From an uncultured Actinomycetota bacterium (GTDB lineage: Bacteria; Actinomycetota; Actinomycetes; Propionibacteriales; Propionibacteriaceae), in assembly GCA_963831315.1 (NCBI GenBank), contig CAWHQB010000036.1, positions 39,639-103,638 on the forward strand: a stretch of DNA of 64,000 bases, in the 5' to 3' direction. Shown piece after piece: positions 54,921-64,000 of this stretch. The position numbers and the translations under genes were made by a program. The notes beneath the pieces are model-generated. The model was not told the DNA's origin. It saw nothing but the letters and a program-made list of their open reading frames with translations, and did no database searches. Every line of letters begins with the position of its first letter. Positions within the stretch are counted from its first letter, which is position 1.

Positions 54921-55157
54921 TCAAGCCGACCATCTAGGGCACTGGCACTCGCCGGGACTGATTTCGCGGCGTATTTCGATCAGATCGATACCGGCAACCC
55001 GCAATGCGTCGATCAGGCCCCAGAGGGCAGCGTCATCCACTTGCACTGCGTGCAAGATCGTGCCGGCGGGCTCTACCGTCTGGATCTTGCGGAAGTTCTC
55101 GAGCAGATCAAACGGCACCGTGCCAGCGACGCGGATCTCGTACGTCGACTTTCCCAT
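54921..55157 (-). CDS. small 'YEIRV'-motif protein (unknown family)
   Basis: MGKSTYEIRVAGTVPFDLLENFRKIQTVEPAGTILHAVQVDDAALWGLIDALRVAGIDLIEIRR. Lies 81 nt downstream of the MFS gene on the same strand. Confidence 0.6.
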   Translation of the reverse strand: MGKSTYEIRVAGTVPFDLLENFRKIQTVEPAGTILHAVQVDDAALWGLIDALRVAGIDLIEIRREISPGECQCPRWSA

Positions 55158-55238
55158 ATGCGCCCTCGATCCGTGGATCAGTGGATGCAGCCACAATGCC
55201 CGACATGCGCCCTGGGGACTTCACCCGCTCCGGGTGTG

Positions 55239-56666
55239 TCAGACGGCAACGATCTTCCTCGGCAGCATCGCAGCAGCAACGAGGCCTATCAGGCCAACCA
55301 ATGCAAGAGCCATCATCGCGAGTCCGTAGGCGCGCTCAGGTGTAGCGGTAATGCCGGCAACAAGGATCGTGCCGGCGATAGCGGTTCCAAGGCTGGAACC
55401 GAGATTGGACACGCTGCGGGACAGGCCTGAGATTTCACCCTGCAGGTGGTCCGGGAAGCTCGACTGCACGACATTCACCGACGGGGTAAGCATCAGGCCG
55501 AGACCAAGACCAATGAGGAGCAGACCTGGTGCGAACGCCCAGGCTGTCGGTGAAACTCTGACGATCCAGAGCAAGACCAAGATGCCTGCGATCGTGAGAA
55601 TGAACCCAGCAAGGATGAGGGTCCGTTGTGCATATCTTTTGGCGAGACGCTCCGCGGCGAGCGAGGAGGCCAGCAGCCCGACTGTCGTAGCAGTAAAGAT
55701 GACGCCTGTCTCGATCGCGTTGTAGCCACGCACGACCTGCAGATAAGCCGAGACCACAAAAGAGGTGCCGATGAGCATCAGCCATTGGGTGTTTTGGGTC
55801 ACGAGACCGAGATTGGAGGTGCGGTTGTGGAAGAGAGTCGTGGATAGCAGGGGCTCCTTGCCGGCCCGCTCCTTGGCGCGCACTGATCGGAAGAACAACG
55901 CCAAGACGAGAACACCGGCGATGATCAAGATCAGCATGAGCCAGAGGTTGTTGTCCGCTGCAAGGATGCCCGTGACAACGAGGACGAGACCGACGGCTGA
56001 GAGGACGGCGCCTGCGGTGTCGAACGGTCGGGTCGGGTCGGCCGGCAGTGGATCGGTGATCTTTCGACTCAGGAACACGATCACAGCAATAACCAGGGCC
56101 TGGAAAATGAAGGCTGCCCGCCAGCTTATGGCCGAAGTGATAAGACCCCCGATCAGTGGACCGGCTGCGGCGCCGATGCCTCCCATTGCGCTGATCACCC
56201 CAAACGCACGGGCCCGGGAGGTCAGCTCGGTGAACAGCAGCGTGGTGAGGATATAGACGGGCGGGATCAGCATCGCCGTGCCAACCCCCTCCAGAATGGA
56301 GTTGCCGAGGATCAGCACTCCCAAGCCGGGCGAGACAGCGCTCAGCAGGGCACCGATGCCGTAGACGATCAGCCCGAGCCTGAATAACCGTTTGCGGCCA
56401 TAGCGGTCGGTCAGCTTGCCGCCTGGGATCATCAGTGCCGCCATCACCAACAAGAAGATCGTGATCGCGATCTGAATGCCCTGAACGGTGGTGTCCAGGT
56501 CCTCACTCATGTCGGTGATCATCACGTTCATGTTCGAGCCGGCAAAGCTACAGATGAACTGGGCGAGGGCCAGGGGGGCAAGTATGCGTCGCAGGTTGGT
56601 CGATCCCTGTGCGACCGGTGCACTCTGTGTCACCGCAGCATCGTTCCACAACCAGTGCGCCGGCAA
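55239..56666 (-). CDS. MFS transporter, DHA2 (14-TMS)
   Basis: Motif A GGKLTDRYGRKRLF and about 14 TM helices. Start uncertain. Confidence 0.85.
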   Translation of the reverse strand: MPAHWLWNDAAVTQSAPVAQGSTNLRRILAPLALAQFICSFAGSNMNVMITDMSEDLDTTVQGIQIAITIFLLVMAALMIPGGKLTDRYGRKRLFRLGLIVYGIGALLSAVSPGLGVLILGNSILEGVGTAMLIPPVYILTTLLFTELTSRARAFGVISAMGGIGAAAGPLIGGLITSAISWRAAFIFQALVIAVIVFLSRKITDPLPADPTRPFDTAGAVLSAVGLVLVVTGILAADNNLWLMLILIIAGVLVLALFFRSVRAKERAGKEPLLSTTLFHNRTSNLGLVTQNTQWLMLIGTSFVVSAYLQVVRGYNAIETGVIFTATTVGLLASSLAAERLAKRYAQRTLILAGFILTIAGILVLLWIVRVSPTAWAFAPGLLLIGLGLGLMLTPSVNVVQSSFPDHLQGEISGLSRSVSNLGSSLGTAIAGTILVAGITATPERAYGLAMMALALVGLIGLVAAAMLPRKIVAV

Positions 56667-56771
56667 TCACCCCTTGGGGGTGAGGCCACTGGCAAGGAAG
56701 CTGGCGCAGCATGGTCACATCCGGAACCGATGCGGTCTGCGCCGGCTCCGCAAAGTAAGGATCAGACATCG

Positions 56772-58767
56772 ATGTCGAATTACCCACTCATCGCCGATCA
56801 CGGACTCATCGGCAACCTACAGACGGCGGCACTCGTCAGCACCGATGGCACAATCGATTGGTTCTGCGCGCCCCGCTTCGACTCGCCCAGTATCTTCGGC
56901 TCGCTGCTGGACGATGATCGCGGCGGACACTTGCGTAGTCGACCAACCATCGACACATTCACCAGGCACCAGCTCTACTACCCGGACACCGCCATCCTCG
57001 TCACTCGCTTTCTCACCGAGTCGGGTGTGGGCGAAGTCGTCGATTTCATGCCAATCGCCAGTACCGCGGTCGCCTCCAACCGGCATCAGCTGGTACGCAT
57101 GCTCCGGTGCGTGCGCGGTGAGATGACCTTGTTGTGGACATCGCGCCGAGGTTTGACTACGGCCGGGAGCCGCATGAGACCCATGTCAGCGAGGATGGGG
57201 TCTTTTTCCAAGGTGCCCGGAGTGCGATGTCGCTCAGCATCGTTCGGGAGCCTGACGATGCTCGACTTGCGCGTGTGCAACGGGTGTCAGAGCAAGATCT
57301 GACCTTCGAGCTCACCCTGACAGCCGGTCAGATGCGCGGACTTGTTCTGGAGACAGGTCAGCCTCGCCCTCCGCGCCAAGTCCGAGTCTCAGAAGCCTGG
57401 CAGCTCTTCGACGAGACTGTTCGTTTCTGGAGGTCATGGCTCGCGCAGTCCACCTACACGGGTCGGTGGCGGGAGACCTTGGAACGGTCCGCGATCACGC
57501 TGAAGCTCATGACGTACGCGCCGAGCGGTGGCATCGTCGCAGCACCGACGGCGGCGTTGCCGGAACAAATCGGTGGGGAGCGCAACTGGGACTACCGGTA
57601 CACCTGGGTTCGGGATGCCTCGTTCTCGGTTTATGCGCTACTCGGTATGGGATTCACTGAGGAGGCGGCAGCCCTAGGACGCTGGCTGGGCGACAGGGTT
57701 CACGAGCAGGTCGGCGGTGAAGGCGGCCCGCTCAACATCATGTATCGCGTCGATGGTTCCAGTGACCTGATCGAAGAGATTCTTCCCCATTGGGAGGGAT
57801 ACAAGGGATCTAGTCCTGTACGGATCGGGAACGGTGCCGCGGACCAATTGCAGCTCGACATCTACGGCGAGGCGATCGACAGCCTCTACTTCGCCAACCA
57901 GCATGGACTGGAAGGCGGCCACCAGGGATGGCGCCGTCTCTGCGACATCCTGAACTGGCTCACCGACAACTGGAACCAGCCGGAGGAGGGAATCTGGGAG
58001 ACTCGGGGCGGGCGGCAGGAGTTCACGTACGGACGGTTGATGAGTTGGGTGGCCTTTGATCGGGGTGTCCGCTGGCCAATCTGCACGGCCGTCCGGCGCC
58101 GCTGGATCGCTGGCGTACCGAACGGGACGCCATCTATGACCAGATCATGGAAGCCGACTGGAGCGAGGCCCGCCAGGCGTTCGTCCAACACTCGAAGACC
58201 GACGTGCTCGACTCGTCGCTGCTGCGCATGACATCAGTTGGTTTCATCTCTCCGACGGATCCGATGTGGACCTCGACCCTGGACGCTATGGATGGCGAGC
58301 TCGTCACCGACAGCCTGGTGTACCGCTACGATCCAGCGGCCTCACCTGACGGGCTGCGCGGCTCCGAAGGGACGTTCTCCTTATGCACGTTCAGCTACGT
58401 GGACTCACTCGCGAGAGCTGGCCAGCTCGAGAAGGCACGCAACACATTCGAGAAGATGCTGACCTACGCCAATCACCTGGGACTCTATTCAGAGGAGATC
58501 GCTCTGACGGGTGAGCAGATCGGCAACTTCCCTCAGGCATTCACGCATCTCGCTCTGATCGACGCGGCCCTTACGCTGAACAGCCAACTCAATCGCGGCC
58601 TCTCGTGTCCGCTAGCGAACCTTGTGGAGTCGGCTATCGGGTTACGCGGCCGCGACGGAGGGACGGCGCGGCGGCATAGCCGCCTTCCACACTCGGCGTG
58701 CGAAGGGTCCGTCGCCGAGGTATTGGGTTCCGGCGTTGGTGACCAGGTAGTAGGCGCGGTGGGGTGA
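56772..58767 (+). pseudogene. GH15 glycoside hydrolase (glucoamylase/trehalase-type) with two -1 frameshifts
   Basis: LIADHGLIGNLQTAALVSTDGTIDWFCAPRFDSPSIF; VRGEMT | VVDIAPRFDYGREP (shift at about 57130); GERNWDYRYTWVRDASF; AFDRGVR | LANLHGRPAPLDRWRTERDAIYDQIMEADW (shift at about 58071); QAFTHLALIDAAL. The last ~40 codons are antisense to the HNH gene. Confidence 0.85.
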
Positions 58768-60283
58768 TCGCCAGATCCATACGCCGGGTTGGGGTTGTCG
58801 CACCTGCCATCGGCTGTGGGTTTTGACGCGGTGTTCGAGTCGGCTCATCGGTCCGAGATTTGATACCCCGGTCTGGCCGGGCGGGCCACCACGGGCCGGC
58901 GGTACATACGACTTGGTGTGATCAAGATCCATTCGTTGGGCCCCGGCTGCGTAGGGGAAGCAACTGGCCGGCATGCGGAGGAACATAGCCTCGCGGATCC
59001 GCCGCGGAATCTCATAACCATCCACCGGTGGAGTGTCGTGCGGGTCGATGACCGGCTGCACCTTGACGTCGCAGCCGGTGTCGGCGAGGAATCGACGGAC
59101 CTGGCCGAGGGTGATGGGTCCTACTCCTTCGAAGCGGGCAGCGCCGCCGATGATGCAGGGTTTGCCGTCGGTGAACGCCCACAGCGCTTCTTGGCTGAGA
59201 TGGATGTGCAGCACCACCCGGGGTCGCAGCTTACGCAGATCGAGTCCGGACGGCCGCATGATCAACCCGCGGCCAACCGGTTCCGGCTGGTCACCGTGCG
59301 CCGACTCCGGCTCCTGATCGTGACGTTGGTTCCGGCTCGCAACAGCCAGCCGACTCCGGCTCCTCACCGGCAGCGGTGTGATCGGAAGCGGTGTGATCGG
59401 AAGCGGTGTCCGGCGGATCTTCTGCGGGTGATTCGGTGGAATCGTCGAAGGGTGGATTCACCTCGTTGTCGATCGGCTCGTCGGGCTGTTGCGGTTGGTC
59501 GGCGGGATGCTGCTCGTTACGGAACTCCCACAGCAGTTGCAGCGCCACGGCAGGTTGGGCCAGGATGCCGATGGCTTTGGAGCGCCGTACGTCGGCCGAC
59601 TCCAGGTCGCCTTGCAGCCGCAGAATCTCAGCGATCCGGTTGACGGTGGCCATGAACCAGATGACGTCGCCGGCGTTGGCTTTGGCGATCAACAACTTCA
59701 ACCCGGATTGTCCGCTGCGGCCGGCCCGTACGAACCGTTCCGCCTCCCAGATCTTGGACTGCTCCTCGGCGGCCCGCGGGTCGGCTTCGATGATCTTGGC
59801 GGCCAGCAGGGTTTCGAACCGGCCCCACGGCAACGTTGCGATGCATCCGGCGACGGCGGCGTCCACGTGCATGGCAGCATCCCGGCTCAGATGTCGGGTG
59901 GCCTGGGCGACCTTGCGGGCCCGCCACGACGGCACACATCCAGCCACGATGAGCTGCCACAGCTGCGGCAGCCGGTGCCGGATGTCCAACGCATCAGCCA
60001 TCAATGCCCGCGCCGACCCGTAGCTGGTCTCCATCCGGGCACCCAACTCCGACGCGGCGAACTCCAACACCTCCGGTGTGCCTTCCCCGCCGAGCTGTCG
60101 TCCCTGCTCCGCACCCGGCAGCGTCTTCTCAGCCGGTGCCTGGCTGTCGGGGTGATGCAGATCCGACCAGTGCGCTGCCAACTCCAGCTGCTGGCATTCC
60201 AGCCCCAAGACCAGACGGCGAGCCCGGGCGACCAGCGACAATGTCGTCGCCGCGTCGGGCCCACCCGCCTGCTTATCGAACAT
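58642..60283 (-). pseudogene. DUF222 + HNH endonuclease protein (REP13E12-like), frame-broken in the acidic linker
   Basis: N-terminal DUF222-like ORF (59291-60283) and C-terminal HNH ORF (58642-59367: MDLDHTKSY...NLGPMSRLEHRVKTHSRWQV...WRSPHRAYYLV) overlap in different frames. The break lies between two GAGCCGGAGTCGGC 14-mers spaced 49 nt apart. Confidence 0.75.
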
Positions 60284-60425
60284 ACCTTCATATTAGAAAC
60301 CAGCTCTGACACTTTTCGACCATGGGAAGGTCTTCCGTGATGACTGTCTGGGGACTTTCGACCCTGCGGCCACAAGCTCGATGACGGCACATTGGATTGA
60401 GGTAGCGAGAGAGGTGGACCGCGAG

Positions 60426-60983
60426 ATGACCAAGATCTTGATCGCGTACGGGACAACCGAAGGACAGGCGGCCCGGATCGCTGATCATATTGCCGACGCA
60501 ATCCGTAGACGTGGCGTTGAGGCACGAGCAGTAGACCTCAAGCAGTCGAAGGATGTCCGTCTAAATGGTCATGACGCGGTGATCGTCGGCGGCTCCATTC
60601 ATATGGGCAAGCATCAAGATGATGTTGCCGACTTCGTTCGAAAGAACCGAGCCGCCCTCGAGCGCCTCCCATCGGCGTTCTTCTCGGTCAGTCTGGCCGC
60701 GCACGGCGACATGGAGAATGCTGAGGCGTACGTCGCGAACTTCGAGCAGCAAACGGGTTGGCGTCCGACGAAGGTCGGTCTCTTCAGCGGTGCTCTGCTC
60801 TACCGGCAGTACGGGCTCCTCAAGCGCTACATGATGAAGAGAATCGTCCGCGACAAACCTGGCGGCCTGAGCACTGACACGTCACGCGATCACATGTACA
60901 CCGACTGGGATCAAGTCCAGCGGTTCGCGGAGGACTTTCTGGAGCGACTGGTTCCAGAAGACACGGCAAAGATCAAGGGCTAG
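60426..60983 (+). CDS. flavodoxin-domain protein (HemG-like)
   Basis: MTKILIAYGTTEGQAARIADHIA...VIVGGSIHMGKH. Of the length and type seen in menaquinone-dependent protoporphyrinogen oxidase-like flavodoxins. Confidence 0.65.
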   Translation: MTKILIAYGTTEGQAARIADHIADAIRRRGVEARAVDLKQSKDVRLNGHDAVIVGGSIHMGKHQDDVADFVRKNRAALERLPSAFFSVSLAAHGDMENAEAYVANFEQQTGWRPTKVGLFSGALLYRQYGLLKRYMMKRIVRDKPGGLSTDTSRDHMYTDWDQVQRFAEDFLERLVPEDTAKIKG

Positions 60984-61090
60984 GGCGCACCTCTGCCCAG
61001 AGCCTCAACTCGACACCTGAGGAACGGGCGGACGGCCCGGCCTTGGTCGGACAGCCTACCGATTGCCCACTATTCGGATAGGTTTACTCC

Positions 61091-61975
61091 GTGACTGCCT
61101 TGGTCGACCTCGGGGTTCCTCGCTATGAGACGGCAGAAGTCGTGGTTTCCGCTCCTGAGAGTGGCCCGGGCAATTGGGCGGGTGCTGCGAGTTGCGTACT
61201 CGTGAATGGAATCTTCTGGCTCGCCTACCGTTTGCGGCGGCCTCTGGACTCCGGGCGTGGAGTCGGCGTCGTGGTGGCTAAGTCCTCCGATGGTGTCAAT
61301 TTCAAGCCGGTCTGCGAAGTGAGCCGCGAAGCCTTCGGCGCTGCATCCCTAGAACGCCCCGTGATTGTGCCGACCGACTTGGGTTGGCGCCTCTACGTCA
61401 GTTGCGCCACCCCAAATTCAAAGCACTGGTGGATCGATGCGCTGGACGCCGAGCGCCCCGAAGAGTTGCCGTTCGGTGATCGTCATCTGGTGCTCGCCGG
61501 TGATGATCAGTGGGCGGTCAAGGATCCGGTGATCATTCGAGGATCCGGTGGTTGGCAGATGTGGGTCTGCTGCCATCCGCTAGCCGACAGAGGGCAGGAA
61601 GACCGGATGATCACCCGGTACGCGACCAGCGTTGACGGGTTCCGCTGGCAGGACCACGGGGTCGTGCTGCGCGGCACGCCCGGTACCTGGGACGCGCGTG
61701 GCACCCGAATCACCGCGATCTTGAACGAGGCGCCGTTGACTGTGCTCTACGACGGACGCGCGAGTGCTGACGAGAACTGGTTTGAGCGGACCGGTCTGGC
61801 TCGCGAGCAGGATGGAGTCCTAGTGCCAGTCGGCAACGCGCCGATCGCGGAGTCCCCGAATAGCGACGGCTCACTGCGCTATGCCAGCGCCGTCGCTCTT
61901 CCGGACGGCCGCACGCGGTTCTATTTCGAGGCCGCCCGCCCCGATGGCTCGCACGATTTGATGACCTGCATTTGA
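61091..61975 (+). CDS. hypothetical beta-propeller protein (GH32/43/68/130-superfamily-like)
   Basis: Repeated W/D-containing beta-strand blades ([37 protein letters not shown]). No catalytic residues assigned. Confidence 0.5.
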   Translation: MTALVDLGVPRYETAEVVVSAPESGPGNWAGAASCVLVNGIFWLAYRLRRPLDSGRGVGVVVAKSSDGVNFKPVCEVSREAFGAASLERPVIVPTDLGWRLYVSCATPNSKHWWIDALDAERPEELPFGDRHLVLAGDDQWAVKDPVIIRGSGGWQMWVCCHPLADRGQEDRMITRYATSVDGFRWQDHGVVLRGTPGTWDARGTRITAILNEAPLTVLYDGRASADENWFERTGLAREQDGVLVPVGNAPIAESPNSDGSLRYASAVALPDGRTRFYFEAARPDGSHDLMTCI

Positions 61976-61980
61976 TCAAG

Positions 61981-62001
61981 TTGATCACTGCATGTGATCA
62001 A
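61981..62001. terminator. AT-rich GATC-containing hairpin between convergent stops
   Basis: TTGATCAC TGCAT GTGATCAA, an 8-bp stem. Flanked by TGATCAAGTTGATCA (61973-61987) and the perfect palindrome TGATCAAGCTTGATCA (61995-62010). Four GATC sites fall within 40 nt. Confidence 0.45.
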
Positions 62002-62007
62002 GCTTGA

Positions 62008-62982
62008 TCAGGATTGACCGTTCGCTGTTCGTTCGGCGAAGGAACCGCGACCCGCCGCCGACCGCCAGTCATCGAACGACTCGCCAAGCGTCTGCTCCAA
62101 CAGCGCGATGTCATCGACGCAATCCCCGAGAAGCGCCGTACGCTGCTCGGCGGCGAGCTTGGGTCGCTGCGTCGGTCCACCGCGCCGCAGCAGGCTAGCC
62201 AGTGGTTTGCTGGCGTGACGCCAGACTTGCGGCGGGAGGTGGGCACCGGCTGCAGCACCGGCGCGTATCGCTCGCCCCAGCAGCGAGGCGCGTACGCCTG
62301 GTTCCACGAACGGCCGAGCGTTGTCCGGGGGAATCGTAGCGACCTGATCTTCAGCGATGCCGAGAAAGCGTGCGACGCGGTTCAGCGTCTCGTTCGGTTG
62401 GGACACCAGCTGCCAATAGCGAAGAACGAAAACACGTTCGCGTTCCACTCGGCTGAGCAGATCGGCCAGCTGTTCGCCGTACCGGCCAAGACGCCGGTAA
62501 TGCCAAAAGGGTGCCCATCCAGCCGCGACCCGGCTGTCTTCGGCGTGCCATGCGTCGACGAAGTCCGAGATCGGCTCCAGCCCGTCCACCCACAGATGCA
62601 TCCAATTGGAGTACGCCCGGTCGATCGGATCCCGTACGATCATGATCAACTTCGCCTCCGGAAGTTCCTCCGCGATCCTACGCCGAGCCCCACGTAAATA
62701 GAGATAGAACGGCGTGCTCTCCAGTCGTATGGCCTGCTCTGGAACTCCGTGAAAGAGCGCTTGATAATCCTCACGCCGCCAGATCCACTCCTGGTTGCTG
62801 TGTGCGTCGCCCGGCCCGCAGTAGGCCGGTGGGGGAGCGTCCCAGCACATGTAGTACTTGGGCTCCTTGACCGGCGAGGCGCAGATCTGCGGATGCTGGG
62901 TCAGCGCCGCATGCAGCGCGCTCGTTCCCGCTTTCGGTGCGCCCATGATCAACGCGTCAGGCTGGCATTCCCTAGCGCTCAT
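62008..62982 (-). CDS. PAPS-dependent sulfotransferase family protein
   Basis: 5'-PSB loop GAPKAGTSAL and 3'-PB motif IVRDPIDRAYSNW. Confidence 0.8.
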   Translation of the reverse strand: MSARECQPDALIMGAPKAGTSALHAALTQHPQICASPVKEPKYYMCWDAPPPAYCGPGDAHSNQEWIWRREDYQALFHGVPEQAIRLESTPFYLYLRGARRRIAEELPEAKLIMIVRDPIDRAYSNWMHLWVDGLEPISDFVDAWHAEDSRVAAGWAPFWHYRRLGRYGEQLADLLSRVERERVFVLRYWQLVSQPNETLNRVARFLGIAEDQVATIPPDNARPFVEPGVRASLLGRAIRAGAAAGAHLPPQVWRHASKPLASLLRRGGPTQRPKLAAEQRTALLGDCVDDIALLEQTLGESFDDWRSAAGRGSFAERTANGQS

Positions 62983-63011
62983 GGAGGGATTCTATAGACA
63001 TCCCCGGTCGG

Positions 63012-64000
63012 TCAGTGCTGCGCACGCGGCATATCCCCGCCGTGACGGGCGGCGTACCACTCCTGGTACGCGCTCACCGCCGTAGGCAGCGTCATGAACA
63101 CCCGGTCCTCACCCACCCGGTCGACGAAGCCGGTTGACGCCAGGATCTCGTGCACCTCGAACTTCACCCGGGCGAGTGCGAAAACGACGCCGCGCTCGGC
63201 CAGCGTCTTGCGCACCTCCTCAAGGGCGTCGACAGCTGTCAGGTCAATTTCGGTGTTGGCCTCGGCATTCAGCAGGAACCACTCGACGGGGGGATCCGCG
63301 GCGTCGACCGCGGCCAGCGCGCGGTGCTTGAAGTCCTCGGCGTTGGCGAAGAACAGCGGCGCGTCGTAGCGATAGACCAGCAGGCCAGGCACCTGGCGGC
63401 CGGTGTCGTAGTCGTCGATGTCGTGCATCCCAGCCAGCCCCGGAACGTAGCCCAAGATGCCATCGTGTGGTCGGGCGATGCGGCGCAGCAGGTCCAGAAT
63501 CGACAACGCTACGGCCACCGCTATGCCGTACAGCACATCGAAGATCAACACTGCGGCCGTGGTGGCCAACGCCAAGAACAGCTCGCTGCGCCGGAACCGG
63601 GCGATCCGGCGGAGTTCCGCGAAATCGATCAACCGGAGTGCGGCGAACATCACGAGGGCACCTAGGGCGGCGAGTGGAAAAGTGGAGAGCGCTGGACCGA
63701 GGAACAGCATGGTGAGCAGCAGAATTGCGGCGGCGACGAGGGAGTACAGCTGGGTGCGGCTGCCGATCGCGTCCCCGATCACCGTGCGGCTGCCACTGCT
63801 GCTGACGGGAAAGCCGGAGAACAACCCAGCACCCAGGTTGGCCGCACCTAGGGCCAGGAACTCCTGGCGGGCGTCGATCTCCTCCCGCCGCCTGGCTGCG
63901 AAGGCTCGCGCTGTCACGATGTTGTCGGAGTAGGCAACGATGGTCACACCGAGCGCGGCCGGTAGCAGAGTGCTCCAAGTCGATGGTGGAGAAGTCGGGA
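63012..64000 (-). CDS. SulP-family anion permease with STAS domain; 5' end outside the window
   Basis: The frame stays open to the window edge upstream of the track ORF (…LLPAALGVTIVAYSDN...). SSSGSRTVIG, and STAS LLVYRYDAPLFFANAEDFKHRAL. Confidence 0.8.
   Translation of the reverse strand, partial: PTSPPSTWSTLLPAALGVTIVAYSDNIVTARAFAARRREEIDARQEFLALGAANLGAGLFSGFPVSSSGSRTVIGDAIGSRTQLYSLVAAAILLLTMLFLGPALSTFPLAALGALVMFAALRLIDFAELRRIARFRRSELFLALATTAAVLIFDVLYGIAVAVALSILDLLRRIARPHDGILGYVPGLAGMHDIDDYDTGRQVPGLLVYRYDAPLFFANAEDFKHRALAAVDAADPPVEWFLLNAEANTEIDLTAVDALEEVRKTLAERGVVFALARVKFEVHEILASTGFVDRVGEDRVFMTLPTAVSAYQEWYAARHGGDMPRAQH

Noticed and set aside
60276-60291. A possible actinobacterial LexA box (TCGAAC-N4-GTTCGA) overlapping the DUF222-HNH start codon.
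   Set aside because: Only the first half-site matches: TCGAAC ATAC CTTCAT. The second half has several mismatches, and the matching half is explained by the MFD... coding sequence.
1-64000. A search for CRISPR arrays, tRNA/rRNA genes, integrases, transposases and recognisable defence or secondary-metabolite gene sets.
   Set aside because: I found no regularly spaced direct repeats, no T-loop/acceptor-like tRNA signatures in the gaps, and no rRNA-like stretches. There is no integrase or transposase ORF, and no helicase/nuclease/NTPase combination typical of known defence systems. The scan was by eye only, so small RNAs could have been missed.

Overview
This is a high-G+C, GC3-rich chromosomal segment of Actinomycetota type with about 60 protein-coding genes. 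I found no rRNA, tRNA or CRISPR array. All family names come from motif recognition by eye, not from database searches.

Gene content:
- Left end: a xylan/xylose locus with a GH43 gene (open to the window edge), a monosaccharide ABC importer, and xylA, which is frame-broken.
- Ion and stress genes: VIT1/CCC1, a CPA1 K+/H+ antiporter with an RCK_C domain, a TMEM175-like channel, two SulP/STAS permeases, two DHA2 MFS pumps, OsmC.
- Regulators: MarR, one intact and one truncated TetR, two large P-loop/LuxR regulators.
- Others: a bacterial type IB topoisomerase, a 2H-phosphoesterase (ThpR-like), a sulfatase island (one Cys-type arylsulfatase between two FGE paralogues), a translationally coupled GT4/unknown/GT4/GH130 operon, a sulfotransferase, and a REP13E12-like DUF222-HNH gene.

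Structure not explained by genes:
- Three unrelated families of 50-76 nt extragenic palindromes sit directly after stop codons. One pair exactly brackets an AbiEi/DUF559-like gene.
- A 21-bp tandem duplication carries the stop codons of two convergent genes.
- A head-to-head deletion scar fuses a 5'-truncated TetR to a 5'-truncated cupin.
- A stretch with visibly lower GC3 seems to begin inside the AI-2E transporter ORF.
- At least eight genes are disrupted by single-base indels, in-frame TAG codons or truncation, and the lesions cluster within particular genes.

I could not establish a recognisable defence, secretion or secondary-metabolite system. The best candidates for something undescribed are:
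1. DUF1269-type glycine-zipper membrane proteins repeatedly paired with ion transporters, plus a related SHOCT/DUF6325-like operon.
2. The palindrome families.
3. A small 'YEIRV'-motif domain family with four domain copies.
4. A TetR-coupled PaaK/F390-type adenylating enzyme next to the lower-GC3 AI-2E/LuxR block.
5. The GT4-unknown-GT4-GH130 operon.
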